A DNA stretch of 64,000 nucleotides. It comes from Spirochaetia bacterium (lineage in GTDB: Bacteria > Spirochaetota > Spirochaetia > DSM-2461). The notes beneath the pieces are model-generated. The model did no database searches. It was not told the origin of the DNA and was given only the letters and a program-made list of their open reading frames with translations. A program made the translations under genes and the position numbers. Every line of letters starts with the position of its first letter. The first letter of the stretch is position 1. Where the stretch lies: assembly GCA_963668315.1 (NCBI GenBank), contig OY764216.1, positions 2,496,001 to 2,560,000 on the forward strand, in the 5' to 3' direction. This document shows, in pieces, positions 38,501 to 48,251 of the stretch.

Positions 38501-38657
38501 TGGTCTGCTCTTCGGGACCTTTCTGACCTTGATTCTGCTGCCCTGCGTCCTTTCGCTGATGGATCAGGGGAAAACCCGATGGAAGGAGAGACAAAGGCGG
38601 ACCGTTCCTGAAGGGGAAGAAAGTCAGGGTAAGCCCGCCCTGGTATCTAACGAATAG
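35514..38657 (+). CDS. RND permease, AcrB/AcrD/AcrF family
   Basis: WPGAAALEVEEG; GILVDDGIVIGE; GIIVNDSVV; RFRPILMTT. Confidence 0.94.
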   Translation: MKRLIEYFFTRRMVTNWLLLIVMAAGVFGFTQLRRRVWPQMDYDYITLDVSWPGAAALEVEEGLTIPIEERLRGLEGVERTVSTTGDGYVNVWIEADPRIPIDKTVDRIRTAVKSVPSYPQDADAPLVSQLDSWNRVMLLFIYGPEDKNVLEQVADEFRDQLLASGEVTQIDTWGMPRREIRLDVNPDILREYGLTADDISSAVQASDLNIAAGSIHTGRENLEIRSYGRRTSVEAIEQIPLNAGGEILSLGTVCSVSEEWPEETVYTRANGKPAVGFDIMYSNSEDVIAISKTVDGIIEKSEKKYGGLVHYKPFIRDSDQIEERLGTLSTSGLLGLLLVIIILGTFLNLRLSLWVAFGIPFSFLGLFFIEWILDITINEMSLFGMIMVLGILVDDGIVIGENIFSHWKEEGKDPLRAAVEGTREVLAPVAVSIVTTMIAFTPYFFLYGEMGQYTSQIGLVIILCLGFSLLEASIILPVHLAHSRALTVSGKEVSRPRRVLDRFQERLIHRMYAPLLRAALRHRGLALALMAAFLMILIGALAGNHIKSMFFPEVEMPYSYAEISFPAGTSAAVVNRVRDYVSDKARELGSEPEWNLPGKGYPNGVVDLLSWGGGQSVYVYFIMIPNEVRPYRVSRFSAALNERLGTIVEAESVKIGEESAFGGYPVSIRFTGNDAEALSEAADRLKEELRHIKGIKDIGDDQPLGSKELIFEVNRRGRALGLTPAYVASQIRDGWYGKEVTHLTDGTRQIPVVLRMSGEDRRSLNQLDRFPVRTPSGAWVMAGDVMDYTVERGLAWIKRENGYRAVRVNAGFDSSENDLNVVLSRINSEIVPAILADIPGVTLSAGGQAEEVQRMMNSMIFTMVGAMIVMFTILMIATGSVGQALVIMSLIPLGLVGAIYGHMIMGEPLSFISFLGVLALGGIIVNDSVVLIDAYNTMVRHKGIDPLKAAYTAGVKRFRPILMTTLTTSIGLAPLIFQKSMGGQFLIPIAISVAFGLLFGTFLTLILLPCVLSLMDQGKTRWKERQRRTVPEGEESQGKPALVSNE

Positions 38658-38676
38658 AGCAGAAGAGAGGCTCCGG

Positions 38677-39225
38677 CTAGCCTCTGATTTTCTCAGACCA
38701 GGCTCTTAGGGCCGTGAGCTGTTCGATGATAAGGCTTCCGGCAGCCTCGTCCAGCAGGTTCCCCCGGCTGTCAAAGCTGCCTCCGAAGGCATGGCAGAAT
38801 ACCTCCGGCTTGTTGAGGGGGTGGACGTCCAGATAGGTTAAAACCTGGCGTAGATGATACTGGGCCCGGGAGGTTCCCATGCCGCCCCCTGAGCCCAGTA
38901 TCGCGGCGGCCTTGCCGTTCAGAAGAGATTTATCATCAGAGCGGGAGGCCCAGTCAAGGGCATTTTTCAGAGCCGGAGCCAGTGAGTAGTTATACTCGGC
39001 GGCGGCAAACAGAAAGGCATCGGCCTTTTTAAAGCCCTTCAGCAGTTCCTGCACCGATTCGGGGGGCGTTTTTATATCCTGATTGTAAAAGGGTACATCG
39101 CCTAGTTCGGCCAATTCGATGTGCATCCCTTCGGGAGCGTTATCCCGGGCAAACCTGAGAAGCCCCGTGTTTGTGGAATCCGTCCTTAAACTGCCGCTTA
39201 CGGCATATATGTTTATGTTTCTCAT
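38677..39225 (-). CDS. NADPH-dependent FMN reductase (ChrR/YieF-like)
   Basis: GSLRTDSTN, EYNYS..LKNALDWASR, RAQYHLRQ. Confidence 0.92.
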   Translation of the reverse strand: MRNINIYAVSGSLRTDSTNTGLLRFARDNAPEGMHIELAELGDVPFYNQDIKTPPESVQELLKGFKKADAFLFAAAEYNYSLAPALKNALDWASRSDDKSLLNGKAAAILGSGGGMGTSRAQYHLRQVLTYLDVHPLNKPEVFCHAFGGSFDSRGNLLDEAAGSLIIEQLTALRAWSEKIRG

Positions 39226-39579
39226 AACCTTCTCCTTAATCGAGAAATCGATGTTCGTTATTACTGTATCGGCCGGAAATCTTTATTGAAGATGAAGACA
39301 CGGATCAAATACTAGTAAAAATATTGTCATTAATATAGTTAAAAAATAAGCCGCCATCAACGGTTATTTTCATTTTGCAAGGATTCGATCCGGGACCTTG
39401 CCGAAGATGACCCGATTCTCTTCGTTCACGGATTTTTCCTCCCCATCGCCACGCCTTCCGTCCCTTATCATGAACAGCCTTTACTATAAAAAAAACGAAA
39501 AAGCCAGCGTAAGCTTGTCGTATGTATAGTACTTTTTCCGTCTACTTGTGAAAAAAGGGGATGAAATATTCCCTCGAAC

Positions 39580-39608
39580 TTGACCGGAGGAATTTATGGG
39601 GATAAACT
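39580..39608 (+). promoter_or_regulatory. sigma70 promoter of the dcw operon (Pmra)
   Basis: TTGACC-N17-TAAACT. Confidence 0.7.
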
Positions 39609-39681
39609 GGGAAAAACCGGGAAAATTATGGAATTTAGTGGTAAATAAGGGGAATCTGTGGATTTAAGGGGATTTCGTGGG
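39596..39681 (+). promoter_or_regulatory. Array of 10-bp-phased G-rich boxes (MraZ binding repeats)
   Basis: About nine GG/TGG/GTGG cores ending near 39601, 39611, ... 39681, with A/T spacers. Confidence 0.72.
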
Positions 39682-40113
39682 AAATTCAATGTAACTCTCG
39701 ACGATAAAGGCCGTTTCATGGTGCCCGCCAAACTTAAGGGCGAGCTGGAAACGGATACCCTTGTTATAACCGAAGGTCTGGAGGACTGCCTCTGGATCTT
39801 CATGCCCGATGCCTGGGAGAAACTTGTGAACTCCGTGGAAGGGGATAATTCCATTTTCAATGTGGATGAGCAGGATGTGCTCCGCTTTGTCATAACCCCG
39901 GCCGAGGAAGTCGCCATAGACAAATCGGGACGGGTGAAACTTCCCCCTCCCCAGATGGAAGCGGTGGACCTTGTGAAGGACTGCTGCCTTGTCGGCATGG
40001 GCGACCGCATAGAAGTCTGGGATAAAACCCGTTACGACGAAATACGCCGTGAGAGAAAAGCCGCTGTCAAGAATACCTGGAGGCAGATGGGGAATAGGGG
40101 AGGCGAAGCATGA
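39658..40113 (+). CDS. mraZ: Division/cell wall cluster repressor MraZ
   Basis: F.G.....LDDKGR..VP; IDKSGRV; VGMGDRIEVW; GTG start. Confidence 0.94.
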   Translation: MDLRGFRGKFNVTLDDKGRFMVPAKLKGELETDTLVITEGLEDCLWIFMPDAWEKLVNSVEGDNSIFNVDEQDVLRFVITPAEEVAIDKSGRVKLPPPQMEAVDLVKDCCLVGMGDRIEVWDKTRYDEIRRERKAAVKNTWRQMGNRGGEA

Positions 40114-41060
40114 AAATCGTCCACCTGCCCGTGCTGCTTGAAGAAACCCTGTCCTTTCTGGCGCCCTCCGAAGAGCCGTCTCTGATGATCGACGGAACCT
40201 TGGGGGAAGGGGGCCATACCGAGGCCTTTCTCTCCCGTTTCGCCGATCTTTCCGTTATCGGGCTGGATGCGGATAGGAATATTCAGAGTAAAGCCCGGGA
40301 AAGACTGAAACCCTTCGGCGAGAGAATCTCCTTCCGGAATGTCTGGTTCGATGACTACTTTGCCACCTACGGCGAACGGGAGAGGCCGGACCGCATTCTG
40401 CTGGATTTGGGAATTTCCGTCTATCATTACGAAGAGAGCACCCGGGGATTTTCCTTCGGCAAAGAGGAAGTCCTTGATATGCGTTTGAATCCCGAAGCGG
40501 GGGAGTCCGCCGGGGATATTGTCAATAACTGGCCCGAAAAGGATCTGGCCGATATTATCTACCGCTACGGGGAGGAACGCTATTCCCGCCGTATCGCTTC
40601 GGCTATCTGCCGCCGCCGGGAGGAGTCTCCCCTGGAAAGGGCTGACGAACTGGCCGAGCTGGTGAAGCATGCCGTTCCGCAGGCCGCCCGTCACGGGCGC
40701 ATCCATCCGGCTACCAGGACCTTTCAGGCTCTGCGCATTGCCGTCAACGGCGAACTGGACAGGCTGGAGCGGGTTATGACGGAAGCTTTCCGCGTTCTCA
40801 AGCCGGGCGGCAAACTGGGGATTATTACTTTTCACTCCCTGGAAGACCGGATGGTGAAAAACTTCTTTCGCGACCTGGACCGGAACTGCCTGTGCCCGCC
40901 CGATGCATTCCGCTGCACCTGCGGCGATATTCACCGGGGGAAACTGGTTACCCGAAAACCAATCGGCCCGACGGAGGAAGAGGTTAAGAGAAATTCTCCC
41001 TCCCGAAGCGCCAAGCTCAGGGTTATCGAGAAACTGACCGACCAGGAGAGGGCTTTATGA
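40110..41060 (+). CDS. rsmH: 16S rRNA m4C1402 methyltransferase
   Basis: HLPVLL, DGTLGEGGH, DLGIS, HPATRTFQALRIAVN, FHSLEDR, SRSAKLR. Confidence 0.97.
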   Translation: MKIVHLPVLLEETLSFLAPSEEPSLMIDGTLGEGGHTEAFLSRFADLSVIGLDADRNIQSKARERLKPFGERISFRNVWFDDYFATYGERERPDRILLDLGISVYHYEESTRGFSFGKEEVLDMRLNPEAGESAGDIVNNWPEKDLADIIYRYGEERYSRRIASAICRRREESPLERADELAELVKHAVPQAARHGRIHPATRTFQALRIAVNGELDRLERVMTEAFRVLKPGGKLGIITFHSLEDRMVKNFFRDLDRNCLCPPDAFRCTCGDIHRGKLVTRKPIGPTEEEVKRNSPSRSAKLRVIEKLTDQERAL

Positions 41061-41332
41061 GAAATTTAATCGCCCTGGGATTGACCCTGGTATTCTCCCT
41101 CCTGGTTATTCTGAATGTAAGGCAGGCTTATCTGTATCAGGAAGAAGTGGCCCTGATAGAGGATCTGGAAGTAAGCCAGCAGGAAAAATACGAAGAAAAC
41201 CGCCGGATCCGTACGGGAATAGCCATTCTTGAGTCTCCCGAGCGGCTGGAAGCTCTGGCCGATGATATTCTGGGGCTGGAGAAAGCCCGTCCCGATCAGA
41301 CCGTACAGGTCCTCAAAAAGGAGCGGGATTAG
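41057..41332 (+). CDS. ftsL: Cell division protein FtsL-like
   Basis: TM plus coiled coil; LESPERLE; position after rsmH. Confidence 0.78.
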   Translation: MRNLIALGLTLVFSLLVILNVRQAYLYQEEVALIEDLEVSQQEKYEENRRIRTGIAILESPERLEALADDILGLEKARPDQTVQVLKKERD

Positions 41333-41333
41333 T

Positions 41334-42713
41334 ATGTTCGGAAGAAGAGAAATGGAATCCTGGCTGACGGGACCCTGCCGATTCAGGGGCTGCCCGTCGG
41401 TTCGTGTCGATTCGGTGGTGCTCGATTCCCGTCAGGCCGGCGAAAACAGCTTGTTCGCGGCTCTTTCGGGAGAGAGAACCGACGGACACCGTTTTATAGA
41501 AAATGTACTGGAAGCCGGGGCGTCTTCGGTTCTCTGTTCTCCCGAATGGATGGAAAAGAACGGGGAGCTTATTGGAAAATGGCAGGACAAAGCCTGTTTC
41601 GCCGCCGTGGATGATACTCTACTCGGACTGCAGGATCTGGCCCGCGGTTACAGGGATAGTTTTGAAAATCTTACCGTTATCGGAGTCACCGGAAGCAACG
41701 GGAAGACCACGACAAAGGAGATCATCCAGTCCATTCTGTCACGCTCGGGTGCTTCGGTGTGTAACGAAGGAAATCTGAATTCCGATTCGGGTCTGCCCCT
41801 TTCCGTTTTCCGTATCAGGGATACCCACCGTTACGCCGTGCTTGAGATGGGTATGAACCGGATCGGGGAGATGGCTTCTCTGGCCCGGGTGGCCCGGCCC
41901 GATCTTGCCCTGATAACAAACGTCGGCACTGCCCATATCGGTATGATCGGCAGCCGGCAGGGTATAGCTGAAGAAAAAAAAGCCGTTTTTTCCCGTTTTG
42001 ACGGAAAACAGACGGCCTTTTTGAACGAATCCGATCCCTTTGGCGATTTTCTTTCCGAAGACGTCAGGGGAAGGATCGTTAAATATGGACCTGGGGTTAC
42101 CGAGGGGTACGACTTTATCCGGGATGAGGGAATCTACGGACAGAAAATCCGTCTGTCCGGTAAAGAGGTCCAGTTTCCTCTTCCCGGCTTTTTTAATGTG
42201 GTGAATGCCCTGGGCGCCGTGGCTGTGGCAAGGGAACTGGGTTTTTCCGAAGATGATATCATCTGGGGCCTGGAGCACTGCGCCGGACAGTTCGGCAGGG
42301 CCGAGGTCCTGGAAGGGAAGTCTGTAACCCTCTTCAGGGACTGCTATAATGCCAACGGTGAATCTATGGCCGCCTCCCTGGACCTTTTCGGAAGATCGGA
42401 CCGGGGCCGGCGGAAGATCGCCGTGCTGGCCGATATGGGAGAACTGGGCGACGAGAGCGCCGCGGTTCACCGGACGGTTCTGGATCAGGCCCTGAGCCTT
42501 TCTCTGGACGGGATTTTTCTTCTGGGAGAAACGTTCCGGACGGTCTGGGAAGAACGGGCCGAAGGAGAGGACGGAAGAGTCCGTTCCCATGTGGATTTTG
42601 ATGATTTACAGGCAGATTTGCTGGAGAATATCCGCGAAAATGACCTGATTATGCTCAAAGGTTCTCGAATAATGGCTCTGGAGAGGTTGTCCGAACCTCT
42701 TCTGGAACGTTAA
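41334..42713 (+). CDS. murF: UDP-MurNAc-tripeptide D-Ala-D-Ala ligase
   Basis: DSR, GERTDGH, GVTGSNGKTTTKE, EMGM, DCYNAN, MGELG, KGSR. Confidence 0.95.
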   Translation: MFGRREMESWLTGPCRFRGCPSVRVDSVVLDSRQAGENSLFAALSGERTDGHRFIENVLEAGASSVLCSPEWMEKNGELIGKWQDKACFAAVDDTLLGLQDLARGYRDSFENLTVIGVTGSNGKTTTKEIIQSILSRSGASVCNEGNLNSDSGLPLSVFRIRDTHRYAVLEMGMNRIGEMASLARVARPDLALITNVGTAHIGMIGSRQGIAEEKKAVFSRFDGKQTAFLNESDPFGDFLSEDVRGRIVKYGPGVTEGYDFIRDEGIYGQKIRLSGKEVQFPLPGFFNVVNALGAVAVARELGFSEDDIIWGLEHCAGQFGRAEVLEGKSVTLFRDCYNANGESMAASLDLFGRSDRGRRKIAVLADMGELGDESAAVHRTVLDQALSLSLDGIFLLGETFRTVWEERAEGEDGRVRSHVDFDDLQADLLENIRENDLIMLKGSRIMALERLSEPLLER

Positions 42714-42724
42714 GGAGAGTATGT

Positions 42725-43804
42725 ATGTTTAAGGAATTTCTGTATCCCCTGTGGGAGTATGTCTCGTTTTTCAATATTTTTCAGTATATCAGCTTCCGGG
42801 CTGCTTTCGCGTTTATAACAGCCCTGCTCACGGCTTTTCTGTTCGGACCGCGGACTATCAAATACATGGGAAAATTGAAAATGGGACAGGTCATCCGTCA
42901 GGAGGGCCCCCAGTCCCATCTGGCCAAGGCGGGCACCCCGACCATGGGCGGCGTTCTTATGATTCTGTCCACCGTACTGGCCGTTCTGCTCTGGCAGGAT
43001 TTTCATGAGCCCCTCGTCTGGATTATCCTTTTTACCATCGTCGGATTCGGCGGTCTGGGTTTTCTTGATGATTTCCTGAAAATTTCCCGCAAGAATTCCG
43101 ACGGCCTCCAGGCCCGTTTCAAATTCTGGGGTCAGATAGGCCTGGCCACCATGGTGGTGCTGGTCCTCTATTTTCTGCGGGACGGTCAGACCACTCTCCT
43201 GTTTATCCCCTTTATCAAGGGAGCCGTGCTGGACCTGGGGCTTTTCTACATTCCCCTGGCCATTTTTCTCATTGTCGGGTTTTCCAACGCCGTGAATCTG
43301 ACAGACGGACTGGACGGACTCTGCACGGGACTGATGATTATCGCCCTGATCGCCTTCAGTCTGCTCTCCTACCTGTCGGGCCATGCGGTTTTCGCCGAAT
43401 ATCTCCAGATTCCCCGTATCGCCGGAGGCAGTGAGCTTACCGTCGTCATTTTCGCGGTATTGGGATCGTGCGTCGGATTTCTCTGGTTCAACAGTCATCC
43501 GGCGGAGATTTATATGGGCGATACCGGTTCTCTGATGCTGGGCGCCTTTCTGGGGGTTCTTTCCCTCATGCTGAAAAAGGAGCTGCTGCTTATCATCATC
43601 GGGGGGATCTTCGTCATGGAAACCCTTTCGGTCATGATCCAGGTTTTCTATTTCAAAAAAACGGGGAAACGGGTGTTTAAAATGGCTCCCATTCATCACC
43701 ATTTCGAACTTCTCGGCTGGGCGGAAAACAAAGTGGTTACCCGGTTCTGGATTATGGGCGGCATGTTTGCCATTATGGGTTTGTCTACCCTTAAAATACA
43801 GTAG
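42725..43804 (+). CDS. mraY: Phospho-MurNAc-pentapeptide transferase
   Basis: KAGTPTMGG, DD, NAVNLTDGLDGL, MGDTGS, MAPIHHHFE. Confidence 0.97.
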   Translation: MFKEFLYPLWEYVSFFNIFQYISFRAAFAFITALLTAFLFGPRTIKYMGKLKMGQVIRQEGPQSHLAKAGTPTMGGVLMILSTVLAVLLWQDFHEPLVWIILFTIVGFGGLGFLDDFLKISRKNSDGLQARFKFWGQIGLATMVVLVLYFLRDGQTTLLFIPFIKGAVLDLGLFYIPLAIFLIVGFSNAVNLTDGLDGLCTGLMIIALIAFSLLSYLSGHAVFAEYLQIPRIAGGSELTVVIFAVLGSCVGFLWFNSHPAEIYMGDTGSLMLGAFLGVLSLMLKKELLLIIIGGIFVMETLSVMIQVFYFKKTGKRVFKMAPIHHHFELLGWAENKVVTRFWIMGGMFAIMGLSTLKIQ

Positions 43805-43825
43805 CGTAAGGAAATAATAAGAGGA

Positions 43826-44962
43826 ATGGATTGGAGTAAAATGTGGAGCGCCCCCCGGCTTCACAGCGAACAGCAAAACAGAAAAGAGGACTCGATGCTT
43901 GTCATAATTCTGGCCCTGACCGGGCTGGGCGCGGCAGCTCTGTTCAGCTCCTCATACAGTTTCTGCCGTATTTATCTGAACGATCCTCTTTATATGATTA
44001 CCCGGCAGATCAAATGGATAATCCTGGGAACGGTCCTGGCCCTTATCGTGGCGCGGATTCCCAAGGCTACCGTTAAGAGAAGCATTCCCTTTCTGGTTCT
44101 GATTACCCTTGTCCTCAACCTTGTCACCGCCATCCCCGGCATCGGTTATACCTCGGGCGGCGCCCGCCGATGGGTTGAGATCTTCGGTATTTCCCTGCAG
44201 TTTTCCGAGATGGCCAAGCTGGTCCTTGTCCTTTATGTCGCCCGGATGCTGGAGAAGAACCGGCTGCGCCTCGATGACCGGCTGAATGCCCTTCTGCCGC
44301 CCTTCCTGGTGACCATCGCCTTTACGGTGGCCGTCTATCTGCAGAACGATTTTTCCACGGCCCTTTTTATCTTCATTCTCTCCCTGAGCCTTTTCTTTGT
44401 CTCCGGTGCGGATATGAAAAGTATCCTTCCCGTGGTCATCGGCTCCGTTATTCTTTTCCTCCTCATGCTTCTGTCCCGCTCCTACCGGATAGAGCGCTTC
44501 CTCGCCTGGCTTCATCCGGAACTGGATCCTTCCGGGTCGGGTTATCAGATACTTAAAGCGAGAGATGCTCTGCAGAACGGCGGATTCTGGGGAATCGGCA
44601 TCGGGGAAGGACAGGTGAAGACGACGCTGGCCGCCGCCCAGTCGGACTTTGTGCTGGCCGTAGTGGGGGAGGAAACGGGATTTGTCGGTATCCTGGCCGT
44701 GATGTCCCTTCTGTTTCTCTTCCTGCTGGAAGGGTATAAAATGGCCCGGAGAAGCCGGGATCTCTTCAGTTATTACGCTATTTTCGGGCTGGTCTCGTCC
44801 TTTTTCCTCCAGGCCATGGTCAACATGGCCGTGGTTTGCGGTATTTTCCCCGTTACGGGAATTCCCTTTCCCCTGTTCTCCTCGGGAGGCTCTTCGGCCC
44901 TGACGTCCTTTATACTCTTCGGACTGATTTTCAATTTTTCCTACCAGGAGGACGAGGAATGA
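43826..44962 (+). CDS. ftsW: SEDS peptidoglycan glycosyltransferase FtsW
   Basis: GARRW, Q.SE.AK, QNDFS, GYQ, SDF....GEE.G, TGIPFP..S.GGS. Confidence 0.92.
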   Translation: MDWSKMWSAPRLHSEQQNRKEDSMLVIILALTGLGAAALFSSSYSFCRIYLNDPLYMITRQIKWIILGTVLALIVARIPKATVKRSIPFLVLITLVLNLVTAIPGIGYTSGGARRWVEIFGISLQFSEMAKLVLVLYVARMLEKNRLRLDDRLNALLPPFLVTIAFTVAVYLQNDFSTALFIFILSLSLFFVSGADMKSILPVVIGSVILFLLMLLSRSYRIERFLAWLHPELDPSGSGYQILKARDALQNGGFWGIGIGEGQVKTTLAAAQSDFVLAVVGEETGFVGILAVMSLLFLFLLEGYKMARRSRDLFSYYAIFGLVSSFFLQAMVNMAVVCGIFPVTGIPFPLFSSGGSSALTSFILFGLIFNFSYQEDEE

Positions 44963-45726
44963 GAGAAAAACAGATCCTGACAGTCCTTTCTTTTCTGCTG
45001 GCGGCCGTTCTTATCATGGAAATCCTCTTTAACCTCTTCCTGGCGCCCCGGCTGAGAATCCGCTCCGTCGCGCTGGAATCGGATATCCCTATCAATGACG
45101 AATCCCTCCTGAACATCACGGGGCTGGACCGGGACAACTGGTATTTCTCCCTGGATGTGGAGAAGCTTGAGGATTCCCTTGAAAAGCTGGCCATGGTGGA
45201 AGAGGCCCGCGTGACAAAGCAGTTCCCCAACAGGATAATCATAAGCCTCCGGTCCCGGCGGCCTCTGGTCATGTCCCTTTCCATGGGGAAGGGCGAACTC
45301 GATCCCCTGGTTATCGACAAAGAGGGCGTCGTCTTTCTGTCGGGACGCCACGTATTCTCCTATAATCTGCCCCTCCTGGGCGGCATAGACTCCTCTTGGA
45401 GCCAGCCGGGCGCGCTGCTTTCCCAGGATGTCCTTCCCCTGCTGGAAGATCTGGAGAAGCTGAAATCCGACTCGGAGAATCTTTACAATATTATTTCGGA
45501 AATTACACTGAAGCCCCGTGAGAAGGGCATGTTTGATATAGAGCTGCATCTTACGACTCACAAAATCCCCGTTTTGCTGGACCTGCCCGTGACGGAAGAC
45601 AAAATGAATCAGGCCGTTATGGTCGTCGACGTTATGGAAAAGGAAGGACTGGACCGGAAGATAGAGGAGATCGATCTGCGATCGGGCAGCATTGTTTACA
45701 AGGAAAGGGAGGCAGAAGGTGTTTGA
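44959..45726 (+). CDS. ftsQ: Cell division protein FtsQ/DivIB
   Basis: TM plus POTRA (V.KQFPN), IDKEG, IDLR; lies between ftsW and ftsA. Confidence 0.87.
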   Translation: MREKQILTVLSFLLAAVLIMEILFNLFLAPRLRIRSVALESDIPINDESLLNITGLDRDNWYFSLDVEKLEDSLEKLAMVEEARVTKQFPNRIIISLRSRRPLVMSLSMGKGELDPLVIDKEGVVFLSGRHVFSYNLPLLGGIDSSWSQPGALLSQDVLPLLEDLEKLKSDSENLYNIISEITLKPREKGMFDIELHLTTHKIPVLLDLPVTEDKMNQAVMVVDVMEKEGLDRKIEEIDLRSGSIVYKEREAEGV

Positions 45727-46954
45727 GGGAGGACTGTTCGTCGGTCTGGACATAGGCGCCACAAAGGTCTGTACGGCCATAGGGGAATATGATACCCGGG
45801 GAAACCTGAGAATAGCCGGACTGGGAGTACTGCCCGTTGGCGGTACGAGAAAGGGGACCATCGTAAATATAGATTCCACCGGAGCCGCGGTTCTGGAGTG
45901 TATCGAGAGAACCGAGCAGGAGGCGGGGCGCACCGTGGAGGAGCTGTATGTCTCCATTCCGGCGGCGAACCTGGAAGGAATCAATTCCCGGGGTGTTGTC
46001 GCCGTCTCAGCAAAAAACAAAGAGGTGAGCCGGCAGGATGTGGAACGGGTTCTGGATGTGGCGCGCGCTATTGTGGTGCCCATGGACAGGGAGATTATCC
46101 ACTCCCTGCCCCAGTATTACTCCATAGACAACCAGGAAGGCGTAGCCGATCCTGTCAATATGATCGGGGTGCGCCTGGGAGCGGAAGTCCATGTGATAAC
46201 CGCGCCCATCGCCACGACCCAGAATATCATCAGCTGCGTCAACAGAAGCGGCTATATGCTCAACGAGATCGTTATGGATACCTGGGCTTCCTCCTTCGCG
46301 GTTCTTACGGCGGAGGAGAGGGAGAGCGGGGTTCTGTATATTGATATCGGAGGGGACACCACGGATTGGATCATCATCAAAGGGAGTGCTCCCTGGCTGT
46401 GCGGATCTCTTCCCGTGGGGGGGAATCTGGTCACCAATGATATCTCCTGCGTTCTCAAGACCCCCGTGGAGGCGGCGGAGAACATCAAGCGGGAAGTGGG
46501 GTGCTGCTACCACGGCATGATAGAGCGGGACGAAGGGGTAATTGTCCCCGGAGTGGCCAATCTGCCGCCCCAGACGGTTTTCGTGCGGGAAATCTGCGAC
46601 ATCCTGGAAGCCCGCATGAGGGAGGTTTTCTCCCTCATCAAAAAGGATGCCGAGCTGAACCGGTTCCTGCCCCGCCTGCGGGGGGGAGCGGTGATCTCCG
46701 GAGGAGGCGCCCTGCTGAACGGCACGGCCGAACTGGCCTCCGCCATACTGGATCTGCCCGTGCGGATAGGTTATCCCCTGGGGCCGGGCGATCTGAAGCC
46801 GGAATACCGTAATCCTGCCTATGCCACCGTGCTGGGGCTTGTGCAGTATGGTCATCTTTTCGGTAAAGGAGGAGAACGGGTTCCCGAAAAGGTGGGCGCC
46901 CGGGTCTCAAGGCCGGTCCAGGGACTGGTCGACTGGTTTAAGGAATTTTTCTAG
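45719..46954 (+). CDS. ftsA: Cell division protein FtsA
   Basis: [41 protein letters not shown] start. Confidence 0.96.
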   Translation: MFEGGLFVGLDIGATKVCTAIGEYDTRGNLRIAGLGVLPVGGTRKGTIVNIDSTGAAVLECIERTEQEAGRTVEELYVSIPAANLEGINSRGVVAVSAKNKEVSRQDVERVLDVARAIVVPMDREIIHSLPQYYSIDNQEGVADPVNMIGVRLGAEVHVITAPIATTQNIISCVNRSGYMLNEIVMDTWASSFAVLTAEERESGVLYIDIGGDTTDWIIIKGSAPWLCGSLPVGGNLVTNDISCVLKTPVEAAENIKREVGCCYHGMIERDEGVIVPGVANLPPQTVFVREICDILEARMREVFSLIKKDAELNRFLPRLRGGAVISGGGALLNGTAELASAILDLPVRIGYPLGPGDLKPEYRNPAYATVLGLVQYGHLFGKGGERVPEKVGARVSRPVQGLVDWFKEFF

Positions 46955-47000
46955 GGTACGACCCTTATCGATAGAAACTTGCGTTTGGGAGGGAAACACA

Positions 47001-48251
47001 ATGTCGATGGATAGATTTGAGGTTCTTCAGGAAGAACCGTTGAAAGGACTGACCGGTGAGACGGTAGTCAAGGTTATAGGTGCCGGCGGGGGCGGAAGCA
47101 ATGCGGTAGACCGCATGATTCAGTTCGGCGTCAAGGGCGTGGAATTTGTGGCGGTCAATACGGACTGCCAGACTCTCAACCGCTCCAAGGCGCCCTGTAA
47201 AATTCCCATCGGCCGCTCCATTACCCGCGGTCTGGGAGCGGGCGGCCGTCCCGAAACGGGGGAACAGGCCGCCGAAGAGGACAGGGAAAGTCTGGAGCGT
47301 GTTCTCAAGGGCGCTCAGATGGTCTTTATCACCGCCGGTATGGGGGGCGGAACGGGAACCGGATCGGCTCCGGTCATTGCCCGTCTGGCACGGGAACTGG
47401 GGGCTCTCACCGTAGGTGTGGTCACCCGGCCCTTTACCTTTGAACGGGGGCGGAAGATGGAACTGGCCCAGGCGGGGATCGAAAGGCTCCGGGCCGAGGT
47501 GGATTCGCTTATCGTGATCCCCAATGACAATCTCCTTAAAGTCATCGACAGGAGGACATCCATGTCCGAGGCTTTCCTGGCGGCCGATGACGTCCTTCGC
47601 ATGGGAGTGCAGGGTATTTCCGACGTAATAACAAGCGCCGGCGCCATGAACATAGACTTCGCCGACGTCCGGGCCATTATGAAGGACCAGGGAGATGCCC
47701 TGATGGGTATCGGCATCGGCCGGGGGGACAACCGGGCTATCGATGCGGCCACCGAGGCCATAGAAAACCCCATGCTGGATGATGTCACCGTGGAAGGGGC
47801 CACCGGACTTCTGGTGAATGTCTCCTCCAGCGAGGAACTCTCCTTTATCGAGTACACCGAAATTATCGACTGCATCAGCTCCCGCGTCAGGGATGACGCT
47901 CTGGTTAAGCACGGCTGGGTAGCCGACGAGAACATGGGAGAAGAGGTGAAGGTCACCGTCATCGCCACGGGATTTGAGAAGAAGCACCGGGAAACCCCCG
48001 CCGATACGGTTCCCGTGGCCGTTCAGAGTGAACCGGCCCGGAGAGAACCGGAGCAGAGGGTCCTCAGTTATGACGCCTTCGCCGGCCTCATGAGCGGAGA
48101 GTCCCGTCGGGAGAGCCGTGATACGGAGAGGGAGAAGGAAACTGTCCGCCATGATCAGGCTTCCAACTTAAGGCAGGAGTCCCTTTTCGGAGGGCGGTTC
48201 AGTGAAAATGATCTCCAGATTCCCACATTCATGAGAGAGAGAAAGGGCTGA
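47001..48251 (+). CDS. ftsZ: Cell division protein FtsZ
   Basis: [25 protein letters not shown]-terminal LQIPTFMR. Confidence 0.98.
   Translation: MSMDRFEVLQEEPLKGLTGETVVKVIGAGGGGSNAVDRMIQFGVKGVEFVAVNTDCQTLNRSKAPCKIPIGRSITRGLGAGGRPETGEQAAEEDRESLERVLKGAQMVFITAGMGGGTGTGSAPVIARLARELGALTVGVVTRPFTFERGRKMELAQAGIERLRAEVDSLIVIPNDNLLKVIDRRTSMSEAFLAADDVLRMGVQGISDVITSAGAMNIDFADVRAIMKDQGDALMGIGIGRGDNRAIDAATEAIENPMLDDVTVEGATGLLVNVSSSEELSFIEYTEIIDCISSRVRDDALVKHGWVADENMGEEVKVTVIATGFEKKHRETPADTVPVAVQSEPARREPEQRVLSYDAFAGLMSGESRRESRDTEREKETVRHDQASNLRQESLFGGRFSENDLQIPTFMRERKG

Noticed and set aside
39590..39690. Periodic sequence read as a CRISPR array or microsatellite
   Set aside because: The period is 10 nt with degenerate units and no spacers; MraZ boxes explain it better.
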